Numbered from the stretch's first letter, positions 28,853-39,786 are shown. The stretch: DNA of 64,000 nt from Chloroflexota bacterium (GCA_034422315.1 DAOUJT010000190.1:1518-65517), one strand, 5' to 3'. Notes: generated from the letters alone by a model not told the origin. Program-made: numbers and translations.

Positions 28853-29926
28853 ATGGTTCGTATACGTCCCGAGATCGACGCGCTGCACGGCTATACGCCG
28901 GGCCACCAGCCAAGCGAAGGCGGCTGGATCAAGCTAAACACCAACGAGAGTCCGGCCGTGGCCCCGGGTGTGCTGACGCGGCTGCGCCAGGCCATCACCG
29001 ACGACGTGCGCCTGTACCCGAATCCAGTGAGCCAGGAACTGCGCGAGCGGCTGGCGGACCGTCACCTGGTGACACCTGAGCACGTATTCGTGGGCAACGG
29101 GTCGGACGACGTGCTGAACCTGATCATTCGAGCGGCGTGTGGGCCCGGCGATCGGGTGGTAGCCCCGAATCCCAGCTACTCCCTGTACCCGGTGCTGGCC
29201 GAGATCCAGGGCGCGCGGATGGTGCACTGTCCCCTGGGGCCAGGGTTCGAGTTGCCGGTTCGGCAACTGGCGGCCGCGCGCGGAGCTGTGACGTTTGTGG
29301 CCAGCCCCAACAATCCGGCCGGCACGCACTACGGAGCCGACGAACTGCGCTGGCTGGCGGAGCGCACGAACCTGCTGGTTATCGACGAGGCGTACGTAGA
29401 ATTCGCGTCGAGCGACCGGATTGACCTGGCGCGCACGCTGCCAAACGTGTGCGTGACGCGCTCGTTTTCCAAAGCGTTCGGTTTGGCAGGGATCCGCTTG
29501 GGTTATGCGGTGAGCGATCCCGAGTTCATTGAGGTCTTGCACCGCGTCAAGGACTCGTACAATGTCAGCCGGCTTGCGCAGGTTGCCGGGGTGGCAGCCT
29601 GTGACGAAATCGCGTGGGCGGAGGCGCACTGGGAGGCAACTCGCGTCCGGCGGGACGCATTTGCGGAGGAGCTCCGCGGACGCTTTGATCTCCAGGTCTA
29701 TCCATCCGAAGCGAATTTTGTGTTCGTTGAGTGCGCGCCCCACGACGCGGGCGTTATTCAACGTGAACTCGCCAACCGTCGAATTCTGGTCCGCCGCTTT
29801 GCTGAGGAGCCCCGGCATGCCAACGCGCTGCGCGTCTCGATTGGATCGGACGCCGATATGCGGGCGGTGCTGGAGGCCCTCGGGGAGATCCTGGCGGTTG
29901 GGCCGATTCGCGACGAAGAGAGCTAG
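28853..29926 (+). CDS. hisC: histidinol-phosphate aminotransferase
   Basis: 357 aa with PLP-lysine motif SFSKAFGLAGIRLGY and N-terminal YTPG typical of HisC. Confidence 0.85.
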   Translation: MVRIRPEIDALHGYTPGHQPSEGGWIKLNTNESPAVAPGVLTRLRQAITDDVRLYPNPVSQELRERLADRHLVTPEHVFVGNGSDDVLNLIIRAACGPGDRVVAPNPSYSLYPVLAEIQGARMVHCPLGPGFELPVRQLAAARGAVTFVASPNNPAGTHYGADELRWLAERTNLLVIDEAYVEFASSDRIDLARTLPNVCVTRSFSKAFGLAGIRLGYAVSDPEFIEVLHRVKDSYNVSRLAQVAGVAACDEIAWAEAHWEATRVRRDAFAEELRGRFDLQVYPSEANFVFVECAPHDAGVIQRELANRRILVRRFAEEPRHANALRVSIGSDADMRAVLEALGEILAVGPIRDEES

Positions 29927-30005
29927 TTCGATGTCTTGGTCTATCTCGGTCGCTTCACCATGCACTCAGCCATTGCGCCGCATGGTTCGCAGGGAGGTTT
30001 CGTAG

Positions 30006-32186
30006 TTGGAAGGTCTGGTCTGGCTTGTACCCGCGTCGATCATCGTTTCGGTGCTCGTCGTCATCTACCTGGCGCGCGATGTTCTGACACGTCCGGTTGA
30101 CCGATCGGCGAACCCCGCGGATCTCATTCCGGCCATGCAGGGCTTGGACGCCGAAGATCGGTCGGAACTGTTCGGTCGGATGTCGCTGAACGGCGACCGC
30201 ATATTCGACGGCGCCACGGCGTTCCTGCAGCGGCAATACCGCACCATCGCCTGGATGGCCATCGTGGCGGCCGCCTTCCTGGCGGTTCTGCTGCTGTTCT
30301 TTGGCGAAAACGAGGCCAAGGGCATAGAGGCCGGCGACCTCGCCTGGCGGACCGGGGTGTCGTTCCTGGTTGGCGCCGTGCTGTCCGGTCTCTCGGGCGT
30401 GATCGGCATGATCATTGCCGTTCGGTCCAACGTGCGAACCGCTAGCGCCGCCACCCGGTCGCTCGGCGACGCGCTCACGATTGCGCTGCGCGGCGGGGCG
30501 GTTTCGGGAATCCTGATCGTGGGCCTCAGTTTGCTCGGCGTGTTCATGCTGTTCTGGCTGTTCGGAGGGTTTGAGAACCCGAAGGTGACGCCGGAACTAA
30601 TCGTTGGGTTTGGGTTTGGGGCTAGTTTCGTGGCTCTGTTTGCCCAGCTTGGAGGCGGGATTTACACGAAGGCCGCCGACGTTGGGGCAGACCTGGTAGG
30701 CAAGGTGGAAGCCCGCCTGCCGGAAGACGACCCGCGCAACCCCGCGGTGATCGCCGACCTGGTGGGCGACAACGTGGGCGACTGCGCCGGACGTGGCGCG
30801 GACCTGTTTGAGTCCACGGCCGCCGAGAGCATCGGGGCCATGATTCTGGGTGTCGCCGTTTTCAAGGCGACCGGCGAAGACAACATTGCCTGGATTCTGT
30901 TTCCGCTGGTGGTTCGGTCGTTCGGGGCCCTCGCTTCGATCGTCGGACTGCTGGTCATCCGGCCTGACCGCGTGCGCAACGCGCAGCGGGCGCTGGACGT
31001 GGGGTACTGGACCACGGCGATCCTGGCCACGGTCGGGATGGCGATATCGGCCCTGGTGATGCTGGAGTCGTGGTGGTTCTTCCTCTGTGGCTTGATCGGC
31101 ATTCTGACCAGCGTGGCCTTTGTCTACATCACGCAGTACTACACGGCGTTCAACCGGCCCGTGCGAGAAATCGCCGAGGCCTCCCGGACCGGCGCGGCCA
31201 CCAACATCATTTCCGGACTGGCCGTTGGTCTGGAAAACACGGCCATGCCGATCATCGTCATTTCGGTGGCGCTCTGGGCGTCTTTCCAAGCCGGCATTCA
31301 AGGGTTTGCGGACCTCGGCATCACCATCGGCAACTTCGAGGCGGGCGTGTTCGGCACGGCCGTCGGCACGATGGGGATGCTGATGAGCGCGGCCTACATC
31401 CTGGCCATGGACACCTTCGGCCCGATCGCGGACAACGCGGGCGGGATCACGGAGATGGCCGAGGCGCCGGAGGACGTGCGCGACATCACGGACGGCCTGG
31501 ACGCGGTGGGGAACACGACCAAGGCGCTGACCAAGGGCTACGCCATCGGTTCGGCCGCGCTGGCGGCCTTCCTGCTGTTCAGCGCGTACCTGGAAACCGC
31601 CGATCTGCACTCGGTCGATCTTTCCAAGGTCGAGGTATTCATCGGCGCCATGTTGGGCGGAATGCTGGTCTTCCTGTTCAGTTCACTGGCGATCCGCGCG
31701 GTAGGCCGCGCGGCCCAGGCGATGATCCAGGAGGTCCGCCGCCAGTGGCGCGAGAATCCGGGAATCATCGAAGGCACGGTGGAGCCGAATTACAGCCAGG
31801 CGGTAGACATCAGCACGCGCTCGGCGCTGCGGGAGATGATCGCGCCCGGACTGCTGGCCGTCATCATGCCGATCGTGGTCGGGCTGGTGCTGCGAGCCGA
31901 GGCCGAAGCCGCCCTGCTGATGGTCGGCACCATCGCCGGCGTCCTGCTGGCGACGGTGATGAACAACGGCGGCGGCGCCTGGGACAACGCCAAGAAATTT
32001 ATTGAGGCAGGGCACCTGCGCGACGAGAACGGCAATCCAATCGGCAAGGGCACGGACGTACACGCCGCCTCGGTTGTGGGCGACACCGTCGGTGACCCGT
32101 TCAAGGACACCGCCGGGCCGTCGCTGCACGTGCTGGTCAAGCTGCTGAGCACGATCACCCTGGTGCTCGCCCCGGTATTCATCTAG
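30006..32186 (+). CDS. hppA: membrane-bound ion-translocating pyrophosphatase
   Basis: 726 aa and polytopic, with signatures GDNVGDCAGRGADLFES and DTVGDPFKDTAGPSL. TTG start preceded by GGGAGG. Confidence 0.92.
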   Translation: MEGLVWLVPASIIVSVLVVIYLARDVLTRPVDRSANPADLIPAMQGLDAEDRSELFGRMSLNGDRIFDGATAFLQRQYRTIAWMAIVAAAFLAVLLLFFGENEAKGIEAGDLAWRTGVSFLVGAVLSGLSGVIGMIIAVRSNVRTASAATRSLGDALTIALRGGAVSGILIVGLSLLGVFMLFWLFGGFENPKVTPELIVGFGFGASFVALFAQLGGGIYTKAADVGADLVGKVEARLPEDDPRNPAVIADLVGDNVGDCAGRGADLFESTAAESIGAMILGVAVFKATGEDNIAWILFPLVVRSFGALASIVGLLVIRPDRVRNAQRALDVGYWTTAILATVGMAISALVMLESWWFFLCGLIGILTSVAFVYITQYYTAFNRPVREIAEASRTGAATNIISGLAVGLENTAMPIIVISVALWASFQAGIQGFADLGITIGNFEAGVFGTAVGTMGMLMSAAYILAMDTFGPIADNAGGITEMAEAPEDVRDITDGLDAVGNTTKALTKGYAIGSAALAAFLLFSAYLETADLHSVDLSKVEVFIGAMLGGMLVFLFSSLAIRAVGRAAQAMIQEVRRQWRENPGIIEGTVEPNYSQAVDISTRSALREMIAPGLLAVIMPIVVGLVLRAEAEAALLMVGTIAGVLLATVMNNGGGAWDNAKKFIEAGHLRDENGNPIGKGTDVHAASVVGDTVGDPFKDTAGPSLHVLVKLLSTITLVLAPVFI

Positions 32187-32248
32187 ACGCGTTGACATTG
32201 GGCCGCCCGCCAGGGTGCGCGCCGGCGTCTCGCTGGGTCGCCTGACCC

Positions 32249-33058
32249 ATGTGGGGCGAGGTGCTCGTCCTGGCGGCGGTCCAGGCGCTGACCGAGTTTC
32301 TGCCGGTCAGCAGCTCGGGCCACCTGGTGCTGGTTCCCGCCTTGGCGGGCTGGTCCGATCCGTTTCTGACGGGGCTGACGCTGTCGGTGGCGCTGCACCT
32401 GGGTACGGGTCTGGCCCTGGTGATCGCGCTCTGGTCGGATTGGGTGTGGTTGGCCCGCGGCGTCGTCGGCAAGGGGGATTCGGTTGCGCTGGCCCGTCGG
32501 CTCTTGGCGGCGCTGGTTGGATCGACGTTGCTGATTGGCGTGATTGCGCTTCCGCTGCGGGGCTGGCTGACAACCCTGCGCGACCCGACGCTGGCGGCGG
32601 TGCTGCTGATCGTGTTTGGACTGGGCCTTGCCGCGGCCGACCGCTTCGGTACCAGTCGCCACACCTTAGCTTCTACGCCTTTCGCGCTCTGGGTGGCGGT
32701 TGGCTTGTCGCAGTTCGCGGCACTGGTTCCCGGGGTGTCTCGGGCGGGTATCACGATGACAGTGGCCCGCGGACTGGGCGTGGATCGTCAGGCCGCCGCC
32801 AGGTTTTCCCTGTTTCTGCTGGCGCCGGCGGTGGCGGGCGCGGGCCTGGTTCAGTTTGTGGACATCATCGTCGGTGGGTCACCGCCAGGCAGCATCCCCT
32901 TGCTCGTGGGGGCTTCCTTGGTGGCCGCGGTCGTCGGGGCGGCGGCGGTGCGCTGGCTGCTGCGATTCGTCGCTCGACACAGCCTGATCGCGTTTGCGGT
33001 CTACCGCGTGGGCGCAGGCGCTCTGGCGCTGATCCTGCTGCTGACGCTGCGCGCCTGA
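32249..33058 (+). CDS. uppP: undecaprenyl-diphosphate phosphatase
   Basis: The EFLPVSSSGHL signature, a length of 269 aa and a membrane-protein profile. Confidence 0.9.
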   Translation: MWGEVLVLAAVQALTEFLPVSSSGHLVLVPALAGWSDPFLTGLTLSVALHLGTGLALVIALWSDWVWLARGVVGKGDSVALARRLLAALVGSTLLIGVIALPLRGWLTTLRDPTLAAVLLIVFGLGLAAADRFGTSRHTLASTPFALWVAVGLSQFAALVPGVSRAGITMTVARGLGVDRQAAARFSLFLLAPAVAGAGLVQFVDIIVGGSPPGSIPLLVGASLVAAVVGAAAVRWLLRFVARHSLIAFAVYRVGAGALALILLLTLRA

Positions 33059-33113
33059 CAGATTCTCGCGGCGGGCGCGGAATCCCTCCATATAATCGCT
33101 CTTCGCAGGCGAG

Positions 33114-34151
33114 GTGCGTATGCGCATAGGAATTCTCAACGCGACCGGGTACTCCGGCGGCGAACTGGTTCGCTACTTGGCCGTCCACCCGGAGTTCGAA
33201 ATCGTCGGCGCGACCGCGCGCAGCCAGGCCGGACGCCGTCTGCACGAGGTGTTTCCGTGGATGCGCGCCAGCGGTCGGGCTGCCTACGCCGACCTGGAGC
33301 TCACGCCCGAGTTGAACGGGAGCGCCGACCTTGTGATCTCGTGCCTGCCGCACAAGGCGTCGGCGGCGCAGTTGGCGCCGTTTTTGGACGACGGGATTCG
33401 CTGCATCGACGTCAGTTCCGACTTCAGGCTGCGCAATCCGGCGGACTACCTGCGCTGGCACGGCGTGGAGCACGCGGCGCCCGAATGGATCGATTCGGCC
33501 GTCTATGGGCTGACCGAGTGGCATCGCGAACAGATTTGCGAGACCAACCTGGTCGCCAATCCGGGCTGTCACGCCATCACCGCGGCGCTGGCGCTGGCGC
33601 CGGCGGCGAGCGCCGGGTTGCTGGCCGGACACGTGATGGTGGATTCGAAGACCGGGGTTTCGGGAGCCGGGCGTTCGGCGTCGGCTGCCTACGGGTTCTC
33701 CGAGATCAATGAAGATTCGTCGGCCTATCGCGTGGCGGATCACTACCAGAGCCCGGAGATCGCACAGGAGTTGAGCGACATCGGCGGCTCGCCGGTCGAG
33801 GTGACCTTCGCGCCGCACCTGGTGCCCATGACGCGCGGCATCCTGATTACGGCGTACGGGGCGCTGAATGAAGCCGTCGCGCCGTCGCAGGTCGAGCAGG
33901 CGTACCGCGACGCCTATGAGGACGAGCCATTCGTGCACCTGGCGGGCGTGCCGCCGCACACCAAGTGGACATCCGGCGGGAACCATGCCTTTGTGCACTG
34001 GACCGTCGATCAGGCAACGCAGACGCTCGTGGCGATGGCGGCGATTGACAACCTTGGCAAGGGCGCGGCTGGCAGCGCAGTCCAGAATGCGAACGTGATG
34101 GCGGGGATCGACGAGCAGGTCGGCCTGGCGATTCCGCCGAGTCATCCGTAG
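33114..34151 (+). CDS. argC: N-acetyl-gamma-glutamyl-phosphate reductase
   Basis: Active-site Cys context ANPGCHAIT. First gene of the arg operon. Confidence 0.9.
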   Translation: MRMRIGILNATGYSGGELVRYLAVHPEFEIVGATARSQAGRRLHEVFPWMRASGRAAYADLELTPELNGSADLVISCLPHKASAAQLAPFLDDGIRCIDVSSDFRLRNPADYLRWHGVEHAAPEWIDSAVYGLTEWHREQICETNLVANPGCHAITAALALAPAASAGLLAGHVMVDSKTGVSGAGRSASAAYGFSEINEDSSAYRVADHYQSPEIAQELSDIGGSPVEVTFAPHLVPMTRGILITAYGALNEAVAPSQVEQAYRDAYEDEPFVHLAGVPPHTKWTSGGNHAFVHWTVDQATQTLVAMAAIDNLGKGAAGSAVQNANVMAGIDEQVGLAIPPSHP

Positions 34152-35381
34152 ATGCACGAGCCACCCGCGGAACTTGACGGCTTTCGGGTCATTCCGGGGG
34201 GCACGCTGGCGCCGCGCGGATTCGTGGGTGGCGGCCTGACCGCCGGAATCAAGGCTACGGGGGCGCTGGATCTGGGCGCGATCCTGAGCACGCGCACGCC
34301 CTGTCAGTCGGCGGCGACCTTTACGACCAACCGCGTGTGCGGCGCCTCGGTAACAATCAACAAGGAGCGTCTCGCCCGGAAGCCGGCCCGCGGCATCGTC
34401 TTCAACAGTGGCAACTCGAACGTGTTCACCGGAGCGCGCGGGCGGGCCGATGGGCTGGCGTTCATCGACGCCTTTGCCGGCCGGTTCGGCGTGCCGGCCG
34501 ATGAGATTCTGGTGGCGTCGACGGGCGTAATTGGATTCCACCTGCCGATGCCAAAGATCCTGGCGGGGGTCGAGTCCCTGGACCTGACGTCTGATGCCGG
34601 TGAGGCGGTCGCGCGGGCCATGATGACGACAGACATCGGCCCTAAGACGCTGGCCCTTGAAGTGCCGGTATCCGGCGGCACCGTCCGAATTGGCGGCGCG
34701 GCCAAGGGCGCCGGCATGGTGCATCCGAACATGGCCACGATGTTCGTATTCATGACCACAGACGCCGAGTTGGAAGGCGGGACGTTGCAGCGGCTGCTGA
34801 GCGCGACCGTGGCCGACTCCTTCAATCTGCTCAGCATCGACGGCGACCAATCGACGAGCGACACGGCCCTGCTTCTGGCCAATGGGGCAAGCGAAACCGG
34901 CTCGATCCAGGAGGGCACGCCGGACGCGGACGCGTTTACGCGCGGTTTGCGGGCGGTGTGCCGCTGGTTGGCGCAGGAGATCGTGCGCGGCGGCGAAGGC
35001 ATTACGAAGGTCTTTGCCGTGACGGTGCGCGAAGCGTCGGATGACGCCACGGCGCGGCAGGCGGCGCGCGCGGTCACGACCTCGTCGCTGGTGAAGACCG
35101 CGATTCACGGCGGCGACCCGAACTGGGGCCGGATTGTGATGGCCCTGGGCAATAGCGGCGCTGTGTTCGACCCGGATCTGCTCGATATCTGGATCGGCGA
35201 TACGCAGGTCGTCCGCGACGGAGCCCCGGCGGTGTACGAGGAGTCTCTGGTTGCCGAGCACTTCCGGCAGCCCGACGTGACGATTGATGTTGCGCTGAAC
35301 CAGGGCGAGGCGAGCGCGACGGCCTGGGGTGGCGACCTCTCGGCGGAATACGTGGCGATCAACGCGGAGTACATGACCTGA
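34152..35381 (+). CDS. argJ: bifunctional ornithine acetyltransferase/N-acetylglutamate synthase
   Basis: Autoproteolysis-site region PNMATMFVFMTTDA. The TAG of argC directly abuts this ATG. Confidence 0.9.
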   Translation: MHEPPAELDGFRVIPGGTLAPRGFVGGGLTAGIKATGALDLGAILSTRTPCQSAATFTTNRVCGASVTINKERLARKPARGIVFNSGNSNVFTGARGRADGLAFIDAFAGRFGVPADEILVASTGVIGFHLPMPKILAGVESLDLTSDAGEAVARAMMTTDIGPKTLALEVPVSGGTVRIGGAAKGAGMVHPNMATMFVFMTTDAELEGGTLQRLLSATVADSFNLLSIDGDQSTSDTALLLANGASETGSIQEGTPDADAFTRGLRAVCRWLAQEIVRGGEGITKVFAVTVREASDDATARQAARAVTTSSLVKTAIHGGDPNWGRIVMALGNSGAVFDPDLLDIWIGDTQVVRDGAPAVYEESLVAEHFRQPDVTIDVALNQGEASATAWGGDLSAEYVAINAEYMT

Positions 35382-35437
35382 GCGCCGGCAATCTCGAATC
35401 TGACCAGACAGCCACGCCCGATCTGACCGGCCGCTAC

Positions 35438-36205
35438 GTGGTCGCGAAGATCGGCGGCACCGCGGACATGGCCGCCGGGCGGATTGGGGCTGACGTGCGC
35501 GCCCTGGTCGAGGACGGCGTGCGCGTCGTGATAGCCCACGGCGGCGGCGACGAACTGACGGCTTGGCAAGCGGCGCGCAAACGCAAGACGACCTGGCACA
35601 ACGGCCTGCGCGTGACCGACGACCAGACGCGGGACGACGCGGTGTTGGTGTTCCGCGGTCTGGTGGCGCCCGCCGTGGTGGGCGCTCTGCAGCAGGCCGG
35701 CGTGTCGGCGGTCGGCATCAGCGGACCGGACGGCGGCGTGGTGCGTGTCTGCCAGGCGTCGCCGGAGCTTGGCTGGGTAGGACGAGTCCAAACGGTGAAT
35801 ACGGCGATTCTCGATGACTTGACCTCCGGGGGACATGTGCCGGTGGTTTCGCCGCTCGGGGTCGACGATCGTGGCTCGCTCTATAACGTGAATGGTGACG
35901 ACATCGTGGGGGCGCTGGCGCGCGCGACGCGGGCCGCGGCCCTGGTGTTTCTGACCGATGTGGACGGTGTCAAAGGCGCCGATGGCGAGGTGCTGGCGCA
36001 CCTGGACCCGGTTGGCGCCGAGCGCTTGATCGGGGACGAGGTGATTGCGGGTGGCATGGTCCCAAAGGTCCGGTCGGCCGTGGCCTTGCTGGGCGAGGTT
36101 GGCACGGTCTGCATCGCCAACGGTTCGCGACCCCATGCCTTGCGGCGCGCTTTGGACCCGACCGGCGGCGGCACCCAGGTGAGGGCCGAAGCCGCGTCTC
36201 TATAA
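35438..36205 (+). CDS. argB: acetylglutamate kinase
   Basis: Amino-acid kinase fold with VVAKIGG and VIAHGGG motifs. The start (GTG) is uncertain. Confidence 0.85.
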   Translation: MVAKIGGTADMAAGRIGADVRALVEDGVRVVIAHGGGDELTAWQAARKRKTTWHNGLRVTDDQTRDDAVLVFRGLVAPAVVGALQQAGVSAVGISGPDGGVVRVCQASPELGWVGRVQTVNTAILDDLTSGGHVPVVSPLGVDDRGSLYNVNGDDIVGALARATRAAALVFLTDVDGVKGADGEVLAHLDPVGAERLIGDEVIAGGMVPKVRSAVALLGEVGTVCIANGSRPHALRRALDPTGGGTQVRAEAASL

Positions 36206-36257
36206 TCCGAGTCGGAACGGCGACTGCCGTTCGATCCCCGCCGAGGCTGAACGACGC

Positions 36258-37436
36258 ATGGGCTGGCAAGAGCTGGAAGCGCGCTATTACCACCAGGCGT
36301 TTCGCCGCTTTCCGGTGACCCTGGTGCGCGGTGAGGGGTCGCGCTTGTGGGACGACGAGGGCAACTCGTACCTGGACTTCACCGCCGGCATCGCCGTCAC
36401 CACGCTGGGCCACGGCGATCCCGAGCTGTGCGACGCCGTGGCGGACCAGGTCCGATCCCTGGCGCACATTTCCAACCTGTTCTACACGACGCCGCAGCTC
36501 GAAGTGGCGCAGCGCCTGGTGGACAACTCGGCGCTGGACCGTGTGTTCTTCGTCAACAGCGGCGCCGAAGCCAGCGAGACCTGCCTGAAGATCGCCCGCA
36601 AGTGGGGGCGGACGCAGCGCAATGGCGCGTACGAAGTCATCACGGCGGAGCACGGATTCCACGGCCGGACGATCGCCACCACGGCGGCCACCGGCACCCC
36701 CGCCTACCAGGAACCGTTTGCGCCGATGCCCACCGGGTTCACGCACGTGCCCTTGAACGATCTGGATGCGATGGACGACTCGATTTCGTCGGCAACCGCC
36801 GCCGTCATGGTGGAACTGGTCCAGGGCGAGAGCGGCGTACGCATGGCGGACGTGGACTACGTGCAAGGTTTGCGCAGGGTCTGCGACGAGCATGGCGTCC
36901 TCTTGATCTTCGACGAGGTCCAGACGGGAATCGGACGAACCGGGCGCCTGTTCGGCTACGAGAACTTTGGGGTCACCCCCGACGTGATCGGGCTGGCCAA
37001 GGGGCTGGGCGGCGGCCTGCCGATCGGCGCCGTGCTCAGCAGCGAGGCCGTGAGCGTGCTGGCGCCGGGTGAGCACGGATCCACCTTCGGCGGCAGTCCG
37101 GTGGCCTGCGCCGCGGCGCGAGTCGTGCTGGACCGGGTGACCGCACCCGGATTCCTGGACGAAGTGCAGGCGAAGGGCGAACACGTGCGGGCAAGGCTGC
37201 GGGACAGCGCCGGGCGGGGCGCGCGCGTCACCGGCGTTCGCGGCCTGGGGCTGATGGTCGGCTTTGACCTGGAGTCCGAAGACGTGGCAACCGAGGTCGT
37301 TGAGCAGGCTCGCGGCAACGGATTGCTGCTGATCAAGGCCGGACCGGAGACGATCCGCATCGTGCCGCCGCTCACGATCAGCGTGGATGATCTCGACGAA
37401 GGTCTGGATGCGCTCGACGCCGCGCGAGGCGCCTGA
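36258..37436 (+). CDS. argD: acetylornithine aminotransferase (class III)
   Basis: Motifs DEVQTGIGRTG and GSTFGGSPVA. Confidence 0.9.
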   Translation: MGWQELEARYYHQAFRRFPVTLVRGEGSRLWDDEGNSYLDFTAGIAVTTLGHGDPELCDAVADQVRSLAHISNLFYTTPQLEVAQRLVDNSALDRVFFVNSGAEASETCLKIARKWGRTQRNGAYEVITAEHGFHGRTIATTAATGTPAYQEPFAPMPTGFTHVPLNDLDAMDDSISSATAAVMVELVQGESGVRMADVDYVQGLRRVCDEHGVLLIFDEVQTGIGRTGRLFGYENFGVTPDVIGLAKGLGGGLPIGAVLSSEAVSVLAPGEHGSTFGGSPVACAAARVVLDRVTAPGFLDEVQAKGEHVRARLRDSAGRGARVTGVRGLGLMVGFDLESEDVATEVVEQARGNGLLLIKAGPETIRIVPPLTISVDDLDEGLDALDAARGA

Positions 37437-37476
37437 CGAGATCCCCGCGCCCCGTCGGCTGAGATAGGCCGCGCTC

Positions 37477-38919
37477 ATGTGGGGTGGACGGTTCGACAAA
37501 CCGCCGGCGGATGTCGCGCGCGCCTTTACGCGCTCGTTTCCCGTGGATCGCCGCATGTACCGCGAGGACATCGTGGCCAGCCGCGCCCACGCCGCCATGC
37601 TGGGCCGGCAGGAGATCATTCCCGCGGGAAGCGCGGATGCGCTGACCACGGCGCTGGACGAGTTGCTGGATGAACTCGATCGGTCTGGAGGACCTCCGGC
37701 GAATTCCGACGACGAGGATGTGCATAGCTTCGTCGAACGGAAACTGACCGAGCGGACTGGGGACCACGGCCGACGACTGCACGTGGCGCGCAGCCGGAAC
37801 GACCAGGTCGCCACGGACTTCCGGCTCTACTGCAAGGGGTTCTGCCTACGTCTTGCAGGCGCAGCGCTTGACTTGCTGGGCGTGCTGGCACGGCGGGCCG
37901 AAGAGGAAGCCGAGACTTTCGCTCCAGGGTTCACGCACCTGCAGGTCGCGCAGCCGGTATCGCTGGGGCACTACTTCCTGGCCTTATTTGAAATGCACCG
38001 GCGCGATGTGGACAACATCCTGTACGCCTACACCGTGGCCGATGTGTGCCCGCTGGGCGCGGGAGCATTAGCCGGCGTTGCATTCGACATTGATCGCGAG
38101 TTTGTCGCGGAGGAACTGTGCTTCAGCCAGGTGGCGCGCAACAGCTTGGACGCCGTGTCCGACAGGGATTTTGCGAGCGAGGTGCTGCAGGCCTGCGTGA
38201 CGCTCAGTGGTCACCTGTCGCGCTGGGCGGAAGACCTGGTGATCTGGGCTTCGCCGGGATTCGGCATGGTGCGGTTCGACGACGCCTTTGCGACCGGCAG
38301 CAGCATGTTGCCCCAGAAGCTCAACCCCGACGTGGCGGAGCTGACACGCGCAAAGGCCGCTGCGGTTGCCGGTGCGGCTGTCGGATGGCAAGCGACGCTC
38401 AAAGGGGTGCCGCTGAGCTACGCCCTGGACATGCAGGAGGACAAGCGCGCGGTGTTTCGAGTGGAAGACGACGTACTGGCGGCGCTGCGGGCACTAACCG
38501 GAGCCCTGGACACACTGACGGTGAACCGCGAGCGCATGGCGGCAGTGGCCGGTATGGGGCATTCCACGGCCATTGAGATTGCCGACGACCTGACCGAGCG
38601 GGACGTACCCTTTCGCGACGCGCATGCGGCCGTGGGGCGACTGGTTCGCCTCGCCGAGGATAGGGGCGTCGAATTGGCCGACCTGGACGATGCCGACTTC
38701 GCGGAGGCCGACGCGAGGCTTTCCGCGGACGTGCGGGACAGGTTGGATATTCCGAGCGCCGTCGCGCGCCGAACGTCACTTGGGGGCACCGCGCCGGCCC
38801 GAGTGCGCGAGGAAGCCGCGCGCGCGAACCGCTGGCTGCGCTGGCAGCGTGGGCACGTGCAAGACCTGACGAGTCGAGGCCTGCCAGCAGCCTTACAACC
38901 GCCGGCACATTCTCAATGA
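37477..38919 (+). CDS. argH: argininosuccinate lyase
   Basis: Fumarate-lyase signature GSSMLPQKLNPD and N-terminal WGGRF. Confidence 0.92.
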   Translation: MWGGRFDKPPADVARAFTRSFPVDRRMYREDIVASRAHAAMLGRQEIIPAGSADALTTALDELLDELDRSGGPPANSDDEDVHSFVERKLTERTGDHGRRLHVARSRNDQVATDFRLYCKGFCLRLAGAALDLLGVLARRAEEEAETFAPGFTHLQVAQPVSLGHYFLALFEMHRRDVDNILYAYTVADVCPLGAGALAGVAFDIDREFVAEELCFSQVARNSLDAVSDRDFASEVLQACVTLSGHLSRWAEDLVIWASPGFGMVRFDDAFATGSSMLPQKLNPDVAELTRAKAAAVAGAAVGWQATLKGVPLSYALDMQEDKRAVFRVEDDVLAALRALTGALDTLTVNRERMAAVAGMGHSTAIEIADDLTERDVPFRDAHAAVGRLVRLAEDRGVELADLDDADFAEADARLSADVRDRLDIPSAVARRTSLGGTAPARVREEAARANRWLRWQRGHVQDLTSRGLPAALQPPAHSQ

Positions 38920-38973
38920 GTGAATTGGCTCGTGGGTCGCGTAGCGCAGCGATTGGGCGTCTGATCGTTTTCG

Positions 38974-39786
38974 ATGCCGCGGAGAGAACGAGAGTCGAGG
39001 GTGACTAGCTCATCCGAAACGCCGATTCAACTCTCAATCGTCATCCCGGCGTTCAACGAGACGGGTCGTCTGGGCGCCACGTTGCTTGCGGTTAACGAGT
39101 GGGCCGTCGGCCATCAGGCCCGGGTTGAAGTCGTCGTGGTAGACGATGGATCGACGGACCGCACGCTTGAGATAGCCCGAATCTGGGCACAGGAGACGGG
39201 GGATACCGCTGAGGTTGTGCCCTTGGTTCTGGCTGAGCCGCATCGCGGCAAAGGCGCGGCCGTGGCACGCGGCATGTTGGCGGCGTGCGGCGCCGTCCGG
39301 ATGTTCATGGATGCCGATCTTGCGGTACCGCTGGTTTTCGTTGAACGAATCGTTGAAGAGATTCGGCGCGGAGCCGACGTTGCGATCGGCTCACGGGAAC
39401 TGGACCAGTCACAGCGAATTGACGAGCCGTGGCGCCGCCATGCGCTTGGGCGTGGATTCAACCGTTTGGTGGGCTGGCTGGGCGTCGGTGGATTCACCGA
39501 CACGCAATGTGGCTTCAAGGGGTTTTCGGCGGATGCGGCCGAGGACATCTTTCGTCGGGCTCGGCTCTATCCAGCCGATAGCGACGTTATTCAGAAAGAG
39601 CGAGTGACCGCCTTTGACGTGGAACTGTTGGCCATTGCCGGCCGTCGCGGCTGGCAGACCGTGGAAATTCCAGTCGAGTGGCGACACGTGCCGATGAGCA
39701 AAGTTCGCCCGCTGTCCGATGCCGTCTCGATGCTGTTCGATGTTCTGAGGGTACGGTGGTACCTGCTTCGCGGGGTGTACGACTGA
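38974..39786 (+). CDS. GT2 glycosyltransferase (dolichyl/polyprenyl-phosphate hexosyltransferase-like)
   Basis: Motifs LSIVIPAFNE, VVVDDGSTDRT and MDADLA. Confidence 0.8.
   Translation: MPRRERESRVTSSSETPIQLSIVIPAFNETGRLGATLLAVNEWAVGHQARVEVVVVDDGSTDRTLEIARIWAQETGDTAEVVPLVLAEPHRGKGAAVARGMLAACGAVRMFMDADLAVPLVFVERIVEEIRRGADVAIGSRELDQSQRIDEPWRRHALGRGFNRLVGWLGVGGFTDTQCGFKGFSADAAEDIFRRARLYPADSDVIQKERVTAFDVELLAIAGRRGWQTVEIPVEWRHVPMSKVRPLSDAVSMLFDVLRVRWYLLRGVYD

Noticed and set aside
33059-33113. Possible ARG box / promoter upstream of argC (contains TATAAT at ~33091)
   Set aside because: No ARG-box-like TNTGAAT...ATTCANA palindrome is present, and there is no suitably spaced -35. The evidence is too weak to call.
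32865-35261. 798-aa ORF on the minus strand spanning uppP, argC and argJ
   Set aside because: It is antisense to three genes with clear family signatures. Its translation is Arg/Pro/Gly/Ala-rich low complexity, typical of shadow ORFs in high-GC DNA.
35970-37814. 614-aa minus-strand ORF across argB, argD and argH
   Set aside because: Same reasoning: it is a shadow ORF opposite strongly supported genes, with no motifs.
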